The translations under genes and the position numbers were made by a program. From assembly GCA_009602725.1 (NCBI GenBank), contig WELB01000003.1, positions 1,004,332 to 1,068,331 on the forward strand: DNA of 64,000 nt, written 5' to 3'. The notes beneath the pieces are model-generated. The model saw nothing but the letters and a program-made list of their open reading frames with translations. It did no database searches and was not told where the DNA came from. Numbering within the stretch: position 1 is the first letter of the stretch; each line of letters starts with the position of its first letter. Shown here in pieces: positions 23,801-36,961 of this stretch. This DNA is from Spirogloea muscicola (lineage: Eukaryota).

Positions 23801-26146
23801 CTTCCATTCAGGTAGATACTAGAAACTGCTCCATGCAACACACAGCTGGTGTCTCTTTGTAAAACAGTACCTGTAAGCATTCTCCACCAGTGTCCTGAGC
23901 CGGGCATACTCTTCCTTCTTGGCCTTCTCTCTAAGTTTCGAGTTCTGCCTCTCCATCCACCTCTTGTGTTCACGGCTCTCGGCGGACTCCAAGTCGTACT
24001 CATCGTCATCTGGAAACTCTCTCCAGGACTGCAACCAAGAGCTCAAGGTGAGCAGCCTGCTACCTATGGCAAAGCTCGCCTTGCGATGGTTGCATTGACA
24101 CCTATCTTCAACACAATGTTCACAAAGTAGGGTCTAGAGAACCGGATGACCTAAAGCCTGCTCACAACATTACCTCTCTGCAGACACAACCTACAAACTC
24201 TTCCCAACTACACGATGCTCTGCAATGATTCCTAGCAGGGGTAAGCTGTCTGGCGGCCCGGCAAGTCGGAGGGAACTCAGTACCTTAAAGGTCCACCAAA
24301 AGTCGTAAAAGCGATCCACCTCTTCAATAGATGTATCAATGTCACCCAAGAGGCAGACAGGCTGTACTGTTGACCACCTGCCGTTCCGCTGGAAAACTGG
24401 CCCAAAGACCTGCGCCCGAGAAGGTGCAGTTTAAAAACCTTATGCAAGAAGCAAGATGCTTGCAACAGATCAATATACAACTAGCAAGGTGTTGTTGAAC
24501 CCCTGCTTGTGCCGCGCTGTTGCATGACACGGCCAGATGCCTTTGCCACACAGGAGCTCCACATCCATCTACTTGCAACAGTAGGCAAGGTCATGCGCAC
24601 CTTGAAGAAGTCGTCCAGGGAGCACTCTGAAGGCACTTCGTCATCGAACTCGTCAGTGGAATCAAACAGGCGCCGCTTTGCAGGATCCATGAGGATCTCA
24701 TAGCCCTCCTGGATGCTCTTGAAGTGAGCATCAATCTCCTCCCGCTTCTCTGCCTTGGCCTCCTCAGTGTCGTGCTCCAGCAGGATTGCTGCCTGCTTGT
24801 CCGGGTGGTGCTTAAGGGCAGCCTCTCTGCAGATCCAGGACCTTCCATGAATGAGCAACATGCAGATGATGACAGAAGCCAGGAATGCTCTGAGAACTGC
24901 CATCTTGAGACAGGCAAGTAACCTCCACAACAAGGAGATGCATCACGACACCTAGAAAGGTCTTATGGGGAGTAGGTTAGAGGCGATCGCACCTGTACGC
25001 CTTCCTGATCTGGTCCTCTGTGGCCAGGTATCGGAGGTGCGCCAGCCCAAGCAGCGCATAATAGTCCGACTCCCCCCCATGCTTGCCCTTCTTCCGCGAC
25101 TTGCTGCTCGTGCTCTCCCACGCTGATGCCGGCGACGAGCTGCTCCCAGCAGGCCCCCCAAGCGCACGGCGACAGGCACAAATGAGCTGCTGCTGCATGT
25201 GCCGGCAGCTGGTGCGACAGTGTCGACACAAAACGCTGCTGCCTCACGAAGAGGGCGACGCCTGTAGGACTGTCTAAATGCGAGGAGTATGCAGGACGGC
25301 TCAGCAGAAGCTGAGCAGCAATGCTGTTGCTCTTGACTGGACTGACGCCCTAAAGGCCTTGCCAAGGTGAGCGGGACATCGGCCAACGTCGACGGTTAGG
25401 AAAGTGCAGCCATGAGTGGAGCTCGCCGCTTCGCTGATCTACCATCACTTGATGCTAGCTCACTGCTCTATCACTCGAGCCTCAAGTGAGGAGGCCGAGA
25501 AGCAGCCATGGCTTTCTGGCTGCATCAAAGCTGCAGCTGCCAGGCCAACAAGCTCGAGGCTCCTAGGACAAGTAGAAGGGGCGAGCTCAATGCTGCTGCC
25601 GGGAGCTCACTGCCGCTGCCCTGTGACATGCAGCAGGGGCTAGACACAGGGCAGACGCCAACTCATCCTGCTTAGGCAGCTCCAAGGAGCTGCCTGAGCT
25701 GAGCCGCCAGAGCCTGCCTTACAAAGTCACTGACATGGCAGCTGCAGAAGCTAGACTAGGATCAGGATGTCAGCTGAGACGGACCAGTCTCTTGCCAATG
25801 GGATGGGATCCCATGGTGCAACGGCAGACCGTTGTCGCCTAGGCCTTGATCAGCGTCAGGGCGCCGACATCAAGGCCGCGTCTAGAACGATCGCTCACCT
25901 TGACGTCGAGCCGGCCGTGCCGTCGGAGGCAGCGGAGCCATTCTCGGCGGCTCCGGGCGCGGCAGCGCCGTCGGCAGTGCCGCCGCCGAGGCCGGTGGCG
26001 CGGAGCGCTGCGGCGTGGAAGAGGTGCCCCGCGGGCTCGAGCCAGTGCGCCTTGGCCGGCGCCGCCGGCGACGCGACGACCAGCAGGCCGCCGTCGGGCA
26101 CGGCCTGCTGGTCGTACGATATCAGCAGCCGCCGTGCTGCCGGCAT
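20839..26146 (-). CDS. ZRF1: Zuotin-related factor / DnaJ subfamily C member 2 (J domain + two SANT domains)
   Basis: DYYALLGLAHLRYLATEDQIRKAY|REAALKHHPDKQAA; AKRRLFDSTDEFDDEVP; SWREFPDDDEYDLESAESREHKRWMERQN; SANT1 PWGKEEVELLRKALLKYPKGTSQRWEVV; SANT2 [43 protein letters not shown]. Confidence 0.95.
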
Positions 26147-26276
26147 GCTGGCGGCCGCCGCGCGGACGTGCTCCTACATCGGCGGGGGAGCAGCGAGCGA
26201 GCCGCCACTACTTCCGACGCCCCCGCCGCCGACACGGCCGCCGACAGCGCCGCCGCCGCCGCCGCCGCCGCCGCAG

Positions 26277-27136
<860 letters not shown>

Positions 27137-27986
27137 TGAGCGCCTAAACCCTCGAAGTCTCAGACTCCAGCCTCAGCGCGCGTTTCCGCTAGGACCCGCC
27201 GACATTGAATCTGAAACGACCTCCTTACTACTGCTACGGCCATTGACCTCCTCCTGCTCATCCTCCTCATGCACCTTGCTCATGTTGTTACTTGGAGAAC
27301 TTGGGGATGATCCTGAGAAAGTGCTCTCAGGCAGCCCAGACCTGTTGCTGCCACTAGCAAAGCTCCTTAACCAGCAGAGCTCTGCTTCGCTGCGGTTGCG
27401 GGTGGACTGTAGTGATTTTTAACCTGCTTATGATCTCTTTGCTGCCAAGGTGGCCAAGTCAGCTCCACAATGCAGCACAGGCGTTGACCACCATGCTCCT
27501 AAACATTGGTTGCATCGTCAATTGTGTGGTCGCCCAGNGGAGGGAGGGAGGGAGAAGGGCAGGGGAGGGGAGGGAGGGATGGCGGCGGGGCTGGGGATGA
27601 GGGCGGCGGGTGCCGGCCGGCCGTGCCGGCGAGGAGGGAGGCAGAGGAGGGGGGTTTGAGGGCGCAGGGGGGTCTGGGTGGGGAGTAGGCGCGCCCGCGC
27701 GTGCAAGACTTGAGCTCTGTGCGCCGCCATTGCCACGCCCTCGCCTGCGCTGCCGGACCCCAGCTGCCGGCTCGGCCTGGCCTTCGCTCCGGGAGCTTCG
27801 GCATGGCGGCCCTGCCGGGCTTGCCGAGCTGCCGGGCGGCGGCGCTCTCGTGCCTGGCCCCCGAAGGTCGGCACCGCCGCGTGGCTGCTCTCCAGCCCCG
27901 TCGTGGGCGCCCAGAGACGTGCCGGTTGCGGTCGGCACTCACCGCCGGCCGCCAGCCGGCACACCGCCTGCTGCTCTCGCTTGCAG

Positions 27987-29594
27987 GGGCATGGACGTCT
28001 GCAACAACTGCCGGCGGCCGGGGCACTACGCACGCGAGTGCCCCAACGCCGCGGTCTGCAACAAGTGCCAGAAGGCCGGGTGAGCCGCCCCTCCATCTGC
28101 CTCCTCTTTCCCTCTTCCGCCCTCCGTGTTGCCTCTCAGGCTGCCGGGCTGAGCCGCCGCCGGCCCTCAGACTGAAGCAGCTATGGCTATCGCCGCAGGC
28201 ATCTGGCAGCCAGCTGCCCGAACGAGGTGCTGTGCCGCAACTGCAAGCAGCCAGGCCATGTCGCGGCTGACTGCGCCAACGAGGCCGTCTGCAACCTCTG
28301 CGGCACGCTCGGCCACCTCGCGCGCGCCTGCCCCGCTGCCACCGGCGGCGGCGGCGGCTCCGGCATCGCTGCCGGCGCTCCCTGCTCGCAGGCAAGCCCA
28401 GCCGACACACCTTGGACTTCACCTCCCCTGGCCGCCAGCTCTGACTCTGTGACTCGTGGCTGAGCTCCGCTGCCTCGCACCTCCCTCCTCGTTCCTCTCT
28501 CACCTCCCTCTCCTTTCTCTGGATGCAGCTGTGCAATAACTGTATGCAGCCGGGGCACATTGCTGCCGAGTGCACCAACGAGCAGGCGTGCAACAACTGC
28601 CGCCAGCCGGGACACCTTGCGCGCGATTGCATGTGAGCACGCCCTTCCAGATTACAGCTCCCCCTTCTTCGTGCACGCGGAGCTTCCAGCTGACCGTAAG
28701 CCGGCAAGCCTCCCCTACTCTGATGCCCGACGTGGTATCGGTGTATCAGGAACCTGCCGGTGTGCAACACATGCGGCCAGGAGGGCCACATTGCCTTCGA
28801 CTGCTCTAGCGGCGGTGGCGCTTTGGGTGCGGGCACGACATATGGTGGCGCTGGCGCTTACAGAGGGTGCGATCAGTGGCTCCCCGTCCCTCTCTCTTCC
28901 CTGCTGCCGCGTTTTGGCAATTAAGATCAGGGTAAGGTGTAAGCGCTCTTATTGTCGGGCTCAGCGCTAAGAGCAAGGCGTGGGGCAGCGTGGTGGACTG
29001 CTCATCATCGCCGGCTGGAGCTCATAAGCTGCGATCATTGATATCGAAAAGTGTTTCGTGGGGGCGGATCCTGGGAAAGGACTCGCCCTTCACTTGCCTG
29101 ACTAGTTGTTCCTCTTCGTTGATCTTGTCGGCGCCAGAGTCGCGTGCCATAGCTGCGGGCAGGTTGGTCACATAGCGCGCAACTGCCCGCTGAGCTTCGG
29201 TGGCGCCCCGCCACTGCAGGTGACAATCTTCTCGCTCATTTTTCCGTTAACCCCCTGCCTTCACCCACCTACCTCCCTCACTCCCATGATATTGGTTGTG
29301 TACATCAGGCTTGGTGATGCTGCCCCACTGATGTGTGAATGGTGCTCCTACCCCTCCTTGCAGTACATGGCCGTCCGCGGAGCGGCCGCCGCTGCTGTTA
29401 TGGGCATGGGTATGGGCATGGGCATGGGTGCGGGCATGGGCCTGGGCCGCGGCAGCAACGACGGCTTGTGCCGTAACTGCAAACAGCCTGGGCACGTGGC
29501 GCGCGACTGCTCGCGCCCAACTGTGTGCAATAACTGCGGCGGCATCGGCCACCTTGCCGCACAGTGCCCATCCGAGGACATGCGCGGGCGCTGA
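27987..29594 (+). CDS. CCHC zinc-knuckle nucleic-acid-binding protein (CNBP/GIS2-like), 10 knuckles
   Basis: Ten CX2CX4HX4C motifs across ~6 exons (e.g. [56 protein letters not shown]); stop at 29594. Confidence 0.92.
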
Positions 29595-29880
29595 GAGATC
29601 TCGGAAGGAGGCCAGTGGTTACCCCAAAGCCGCTGCTGTCACCCTTGCTACTCTGTCTTTGAAGTGTCATACAACTGCAGGATTTCACATAGAGGGGCTC
29701 TATTTGTACCAGCGCTGTCACGCTTTTGCGTTGGTGTGGCCCTCTTTATTGCCGTCATGTCGTGGTGACGGCTCTGAGCAATTGCTACTGCAAGAGTCGG
29801 CGGCATGCAATCAATGATTCTTGAGCTTATAATGATGAGCAAAGGCATGAGCAAGATTTCGTCGCACTATCAGTGTCCAC

Positions 29881-30730
29881 TCATTTCCTGCGCTTCTTCC
29901 TTGCGCCTTTGGATTTGTTGCCTTTGCCTCTGCCGCCGCCTTTTTTACCCTGTCGGCGACCTCTGGAATCAGTGGCTGCGCCGCTGAAGCCGCCATGGTC
30001 CTCTCTTTGCTTGCGGCTGCCACCGCGCTTCTGCTGGCGACTGCCCCCCGTATGCTGCGCAGTGACAGTCTTAGGCAGTGGCTGTACATGCAACACGCCG
30101 CCGCGGAGGACGTCCTCAAGCGCGCCCAAGTTTCCGGGGCCGCCACGGTGGGCGGCTGTCGCTGATCGCTGCTGCACCTTGCGCCGCTTGGTGGCACCAG
30201 AGCCCTTGACGCGCACCATGCCAGCGGCAATGCCCTCCTGGCGCTGCCGCTCCTCCCGCTCCTCCTGCTTGCGCTTGATGCCGAGGCCGATGGCCGGCGG
30301 CACGCGCGGGCTCCTTGCCGCCTGCAGCAGAGCAGCCGGCACAGCGGCTGATCAGCGTGGATGCACCAGATCGTACATGCATGCAGCTCGTTGTCGGCCG
30401 CCGCTGGGACCTCGCCCACCTTGGCGCCGAGCTCCAGCAGCTGCTGCGCCTCCCACTTGGCGCGGTCCTTCTTGGCCAGCAGCGCCGCGCCTGCAGCAGC
30501 ACCGGAGGCTCTAGCTGTGTCACAGGGCCTGCTGGAAGTGGCCCCGGGGGCCATAGCCGCGCAATGGCTGCAACCAGCGGCAGTGTTTACGTGGAGCGGC
30601 TCTCACCAAGCGTCTCGACTTCCTTGGCCATGGCTCGGAAGGCCTCGCTTCCCGTGGCGGCCAGCCCCGCCGCGCTCAAGAGCAGCCCTCGCCCGCCGCT
30701 TATGGGCTTGTGCACGTCCGCCACCCGCGC
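29881..30730 (-). CDS. DUF4602/C1orf131-like basic protein (putative SSU biogenesis factor); 5' part toward the gap
   Basis: EAFRAMAKEVETLG|AALLAKKDRAKWEAQQLLELGAK|AARSPRVPPAIGLGIKRKQEERE...RGGVLHV and a Lys/Arg-rich tail, recalling DUF4602 proteins. Confidence 0.65.
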
Positions 30731-32009
30731 CGACTGCGGCAGCCAACGCCGTGACAGACGAAGCCCGCTTAATAGCAGCCTTGAGCAGGCCCTAGGGCAA
30801 GGCACGGCCAAGCCCGTGAAGCGGCGACGGCGGCGGCGGCGGCGGCGGCGGCGGCTAGGGTTTGGGGTCAGGGTTAGGGTTGTGGGGACTCGGCGGCCGG
30901 TCTTCGCACCATGAAAAGCCGCCGCTCGCGGGCACCGCCGGCGGCGGCCTCGCGCCGCCCGGCGCCGGCNNNNNNNNNNNNNNNNNNNNNNNNNNNNNNN
31001 NNNNNNNNNNNNNNNNNNNNNNNNNNNNNNNNNNNNNNNNNNNNNNNNNNNNNNNNNNNNNNNNNNNNNNNNNNNNNNNNNNNNNNNNNNNNNNNNNNNN
31101 NNNNNNNNNNNNNNNNNNNNNNNNNNNNNNNNNNNNNNNNNNNNNNNNNNNNNNNNNNNNNNNNNNNNNNNNNNNNNNNNNNNNNNNNNNNNNNNNNNNN
31201 NNNNNNNNNNNNNNNNNNNNNNNNNNNNNNNNNNNNNNNNNNNNNNNNNNNNNNNNNNNNNNNNNNNNNNNNNNNNNNNNNNNNNNNNNNNNNNNNNNNN
31301 NNNNNNNNNNNNNNNNNNNNNNNNNNNNNNNNNNNNNNNNNNNNNNNNNNNNNNNNNNNNNNNNNNNNNNNNNNNNNNNNNNNNNNNNNNNNNNNNNNNN
31401 NNNNNNNNNNNNNNNNNNNNNNNNNNNNNNNNNNNNNNNNNNNNNNNNNNNNNNNNNNNNNNNNNNNNNNNNNNNNNNNNNNNNNNNNNNNNNNNNNNNN
31501 NNNNNNNNNNNNNNNNNNNNNNNNNNNNNNNNNNNNNNNNNNNNNNNNNNNNNNNNNNNNNNNNNNNNNNNNNNNNNNNNNNNNNNNNNNNNNNNNNNNN
31601 NNNNNNNNNNNNNNNNNNNNNNNNNNNNNNNNNNNNNNNNNNNNNNNNNNNNNNNNNNNNNNNNNNNNNNNNNNNNNNNNNNNNNNNNNNNNNNNNNNNN
31701 NNNNNNNNNNNNNNNNNNNNNNNNNNNNNNNNNNNNNNNNNNNNNNNNNNNNNNNNNNNNNNNNNNNNNNNNNNNNNNNNNNNNNNNNNNNNNNNNNNNN
31801 NNNNNNNNNNNNNNNNNNNNNNNNNNNNNNNNNNNNNNNNNNNNNNNNNNNNNNNNNNNNNNNNNNNNNNNNNNNNNNNNNNNNNNNNNNNNNNNNNNNN
31901 NNNNNNNNNNNNNNNNNNNNNNNNNNNNNNNNNNNNNNNNNNNNNNNNNNNNCAAGCCGGGCGCCGGAGGCGCGGTGGCGGGGCCCGCGGGCCGCCGCCG
32001 CCTCCGGCC

Positions 32010-35000
32010 ATGAGCAGGCTGTCCTTCCGGCCGCGCCCCTTGGACATCCACAAGCGCCTGCCCATCGTCCGCTCCGTCAAGGAGCTCGACGCCGACGACG
32101 GCACCGCCGCCGCCGCCGCCGGCATCGGCGGCGGCGGCGGGGCTCGACTCCACGGGGCGACTGACAGTGATGGCGATCAGGTGCTCCATTGTGGCTCTGC
32201 TCTTCACCGGTCCCTCGCTCCGCAGCTGTAGGTCGCCCGCTGGCCACCGAGGGCTATGCCTCGTCGGAGGCGCCAGCGAGCCGTCGTGAGAGGTCCCGGC
32301 AATGCTCGTCGGCCATGGCGCCGCCGCCCAGCTGCGGCAAGCCAGCCGTGGAGGCTTCTGTGGGCATCGCCCAGGCCGCTCGAGAGCTCGCGGGAGTCTG
32401 TGCGGGCCAGCGGCAGCGGCCTCGGCTGCTCGCCCGCCGCCCGCCGCCCGCCAAACCCCTAAACCCCAAACCCTCAACTGCTAACCCCAAACCTGAAACT
32501 CTCAATCGAGCCGCGCGGGTTCGAGTCACGGCCTGCGCAGCCTCTCCGAGCTCACACGGGCATGGCAGCTTCTATTTGCTAGCCTATCCATGCCTTTCCG
32601 CCGCAGCTTATGCCTTGCCGCGCCCCGCAGTCGCGCCGCGAGAAGACCCGCAAGACCGTCGGCGACATCCCCATCCCCTACTACGAGGTCGTGCCCAGCT
32701 ACGAGCGCGACTACACGCCCACCTTCGCCCAGCCCCAGTCCTACGTGCGCAGCAAGCCAGGTGCAGGACTGATGCAGCCCATGTTCAAGTGGCGAGCCCT
32801 GTTAGCAAATCCACGTTGAGCGAGAAGTGATAGCTCCGTCGATCCCACCATTGAGCTTGTTGGGGTTTCGGCACTCACTAGTGGGCCTGCAGCAGGACTT
32901 GGCTACTGTGACAGGATGTCGTAGTGTACCTCACAGCGACTAGAGCCCAACCCTTGTGGAGCGACATCGAGGACTTGGGGCTGCCGCAGCGCTGGCTCGC
33001 TGAGAAGCTCCTTGCTGGCGTGAATGTTTCAGCGAGGTCTGAGGACGGCGCGTACGTGGAGTACGACCTGGACGACGAGGACGAGGACTGGCTGGACCAG
33101 TTCAACGACGAGCGCAAGATTCTGCCCCCCGAGAAGTGCGCAGGACCAATTTGACTCCCACCTCCACGTTCTCGCTCGCAGCTCAAAACGTCGGAGTCAA
33201 TCACCAAAGGACCAATGCACCACCGATGACGGGTTCCAGCCAAGTCTCAAATCAGGAGCTCACTTGGCAACCTCCGCGGAGATCATTGCTCAAGCAGATT
33301 GGAATGCGAAACGAAGCCGCCAAAGCTGCCCACATTACCTATTGCGCCCACCGATGACAGCTGCCACCTGTCCTCTTGGGCCATGCTATCTCGCTATCCT
33401 GTCTGATCCAGCTGCGATCTGGCCAACCTGCCAGGTTTGAGTGGATGCTGTATAAGTTGGAGCTTTTGGACCATCGGCAGCGCGAGAAGGCCGGCATTGG
33501 GCTGCTGGTCCTGGGCAACCCCGTGCCCATCATGCTCCAACGCGAGATGGCCTATGAGGTGGGCCCATCCTCCTCTCTTACTCGCATCACCACTGTCACG
33601 CTAGGCTCCAACTCTGGCGAGCTGACATGGGCTATGTCAGGACGATAGCTAAGGTCTTCCAATTCCGAAGGCCCTTTTCATGCAGTTGCTTGGAGTGGGT
33701 TCCTCTGACCTTCTTCAACTGGCTGTGCAGATCCTACGGACGCAGACAACAAGGCAGGCGGTCACGGCGGCCGTTTACGACTACTGGAAAGCCAAGGTGT
33801 GTGTTCTAATTGAGGGCTCGTCTTGGCTGACCGTCGCATGGATGTAGCTCTGCTTTTGAAGGCTGCCTGCAACCGCATAGACAGTACGAGGCGTCAGTCT
33901 TTCTTATTGGTGGCATGCATTGACCATGCTGCAGCGGGAGAGGTGGCAGAAGCCCATCCTCAGGCGACTGCAGGTGCAGATTTATTATCTAATACCAAGC
34001 GCTTCTTAGGATCTTGCATATTGGGGAAACTTTCGCGTTCGCAAACATATCAGTGTGTGGGCTTGTGCATGATCTTCTGCTACCGGACTCACAAAAGTAG
34101 TGTGTTCTCCAGCCTGCACCTTCAAACAATGATACGAATCCGTTCAACGTGTTCCGTCCTCGGGAAAGGGTCCACAGGCCTCACACGCGGAGGGTGAGTT
34201 TCGGCACTTGACTTGAGGAGCAGCCTGTGTCAGCAGATGCTCTGCAAGCCTACGGATCCTCTTTAAGCTCGTATTTCTTTGTTTACAGGGGATCAACATA
34301 AATCCCCCTGTTAATCACAGGACTTAACATGATTGTCCATACTCCTGCTGGAGCAATGCTGTTGGGAAAGCGCGATGAATGCATCTCGCATGCTGGTTAT
34401 GTCCAATTCAGACTCTGCTTAAGGGTCTCTTGGCAACTGAGTAGATGAAGGTGGAAGGAGCATTGGGCGTCTCGTTTCCTGCATCTAGGAGTTGGTATCC
34501 TTGGCTGCAGAGCACATAGATTGAGAACCAGTCACTGATGGCAGAATGACCACAATCTGGTTCTTTGCATCTGCAGATGCAGAGGCGGGAAAATGACGTC
34601 CACTCATTTGAGAAGTTGCGACAGGTTCGATGAAAGTCCATACGAACTATCTGGCATGCTTCCTGCAATCCACTTGCAGTGGTATTAGACAGAGTTATCG
34701 CTCAGGCTGCTGAAGTGGAAGATTTGGCAACACCAGATCTATCTCATAGTTGCTCGCTTGGACCTGCAATGAACCTTGTCGTCTCAGGTTCGGAAGAAAC
34801 TGGAGGAGGCTAAGATATTGCTCCTTGAGCTCCAACGAGTAAGCACAAATGATCACACGTTCCCACAAACTCGTGCAAGCAAGTTGGAGGAGAGGGTTTG
34901 CTTGGGTGTTTGGGGATGGATGTTTGTGAGGCAGACCTCTCAAAAAGGTGACCGCAGGTTGAAGGTTACCTTCATCCTAGTTTAGCTTGAAGGAGCTGCT

Positions 35001-36124
35001 AATGAGTGTCACGATCTGTCCTGGCTTGCCTTTTGACTGCTCCAGCGGGAGGCGAAGAAGAAGGAGCTGGTGGAGTGCGAGGTCCAGCTGCACAGGCTGC
35101 ATGTGCGGCTGCGGGTATGGATGCCGAATTCCTCGAGTGCTGTGCCTGGACCCAAACTCGCATTATTCTGTACCCTCATTTTGAGCCTTTCTTCGATCGC
35201 GCTCCACAGCACGACCCGCGCCTGGACGAAGACGAGTACGTGGCGCAGCCGCAGTTCAGCATGATGCCGCCGCCGCCGTTGCCACGGAAGCCCACGCTGG
35301 CCCGCAGCGACAGCGAGCACCTGGAGCGCATGAACGGCCACCTGCTCGGCATGCGCAAGCGGACGCGGCGGCGCAACTTCCCGGGTGCTGGGAGGGGGGG
35401 CCGAAGGGTAAGCTGACCGATTGCCCTCGTACCAATAAGCAATAAGTAACCAGTAAGCATAACCCCTAACCAATAAGCATAATCAAGCGTAACTCCTAAC
35501 CAATAGCATAACCCCAACTTCCAACCTGCAATGCACGTCGTTGTTATCGTGGCCGGGGTATGGGCGCTTATGTGGGTCATGACCTTATCAAAGACCTGAC
35601 GGAGTCCTCAAGCGCGGCGCACGTCTCAGGTGGCGCCACTGGAGCCGCTAGAGCCGGTACTGCTCTTCACGCAGCCGCTCAATCTCAGCCTCCCGGAGGC
35701 AGCGCCGCTCGTGCCCTTCGTGGGCAGCACCCACCACAGCAGTGGCGCTGGCGCTGGTGGTGATCCCCTCCGGCGTACACCGCAGTGCCTGCGGGGCCGC
35801 TTCGGGCGCGGCGGTCGAGTCATCTTCGATCGCTGGGACGTCCTGTCACGCGCCGCGCTGCTGCCCTGCGACAACGGCCACAGCCACTTGGGTTCGTTGC
35901 TGATGCAGCCAGCGGCCACTGCTGCCACGCCGCGCGCCTCTCCCCCCCTCTCGGGTTGCGCCAGCTTCGAGTCCTTCCCTCAGATGCCGCCTCCCCACCA
36001 GTATGATGCTACTGCCGCCACCATCGCCAGCTGCTCTTCCCCAGTGCACGACTTGGGAAAGAACGCGCTGTTGCTACAGCCTGGGCGGCCTCCAACTGGC
36101 TTCGAACAAAGACGTGAATCGTGA
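32010..36124 (+). CDS. EPL1: Enhancer of polycomb-like protein (NuA4/Piccolo subunit)
   Basis: N-terminus MSRLSFRPRPLDIHKRLPIVRSVKEL; DIPIPYYEVVPSYERDYTPTFAQPQSYVRS; YVEYDLDDEDEDWLDQFN; FEWMLYKLELLDH; KPILRRLQ; late CLRGRFGRGGRVIFDRW. Confidence 0.93.
32454..32500 (+). repeat. Degenerate telomere-like (aaaccct/aaacccc) interstitial repeats in EPL1 intron 1; opposite-strand copy at 30856-30888
   Basis: aaacccctaaaccccaaaccctcaactgctaaccccaaacctg; tagggtttggggtcagggttagggttg. Confidence 0.6.
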
Positions 36125-36961
36125 CTGCCATTCTTTGTAAATATTCTGGCTCGCCGCTGTCATGGGTACCAATACCATTGCTTCTTGTGTAGTCGTCATA
36201 TGCCTGTGTTGTCCTGGCAAGTTGACTGACAGCAAGACCTGTTCTCCAAGCAATGGGGTCTGCTGCCTTTGGCGCGTGCAAGAGAAAATCAATCCATTCC
36301 AGCATTCTTGAAAGGGCGCCTGCTTTTATCACTAGGAGTGCTAACAGATCAATGACTGGCCTTCCTAGCCCAGTGGAAAACGGGCAGCTAAGAGAAGTTG
36401 GATACCAAATTCAGATTGACTATGCCTCATGAAGCATGTAATAGCGAGATCTGCACATAAAACTTACTGAAGCCAGAGCAGTAATCGATTAATTTACAGT
36501 ATTTGGCTTCTTGAAGATGACAGGAGATGTGACTTCCTACACTCAAATGCGTACACATAGTGATTGCAACAACGAAGGCGAAGAAGGTCTCCTGAGCAAC
36601 GAGCAGCTCCTGCAGCACTTGCCCACTCAGTAGCCGGACATGCCATAAGGCGGCAGATTGCAGAAAGTTGCATCCATGCAGGATGCCATAACTGCAAAGT
36701 CCACCAAGCAGCTCAAGAGCAACTGCAGCATACGCTGAAGGCAAAGCAGCTGTTGCTGCTGCCAATGTCCAGGAGGAAGAGAGTCAAGTGACAGAGCAGT
36801 TTAAGAAAAGCACAGGCGGCATAATAGGGCAGTGGAGTGGAACCATGTGGGCTGCACTGCATATAAGATTTTACCTGGGAGTCTAGGAAGAGAGAACAGA
36901 GGATACATCTGTAAGCAAGTTCCATGATACCGTAGATTGCATGGTTGACCTGTCCAGTATA

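Noticed and set aside
27499..28836. 445-aa antisense ORF
   Set aside because: Shadow of the GC-rich CCHC gene and crosses an N join.
30587..32477. Long ORFs spanning the second N-gap
   Set aside because: Artefacts of translating N runs.
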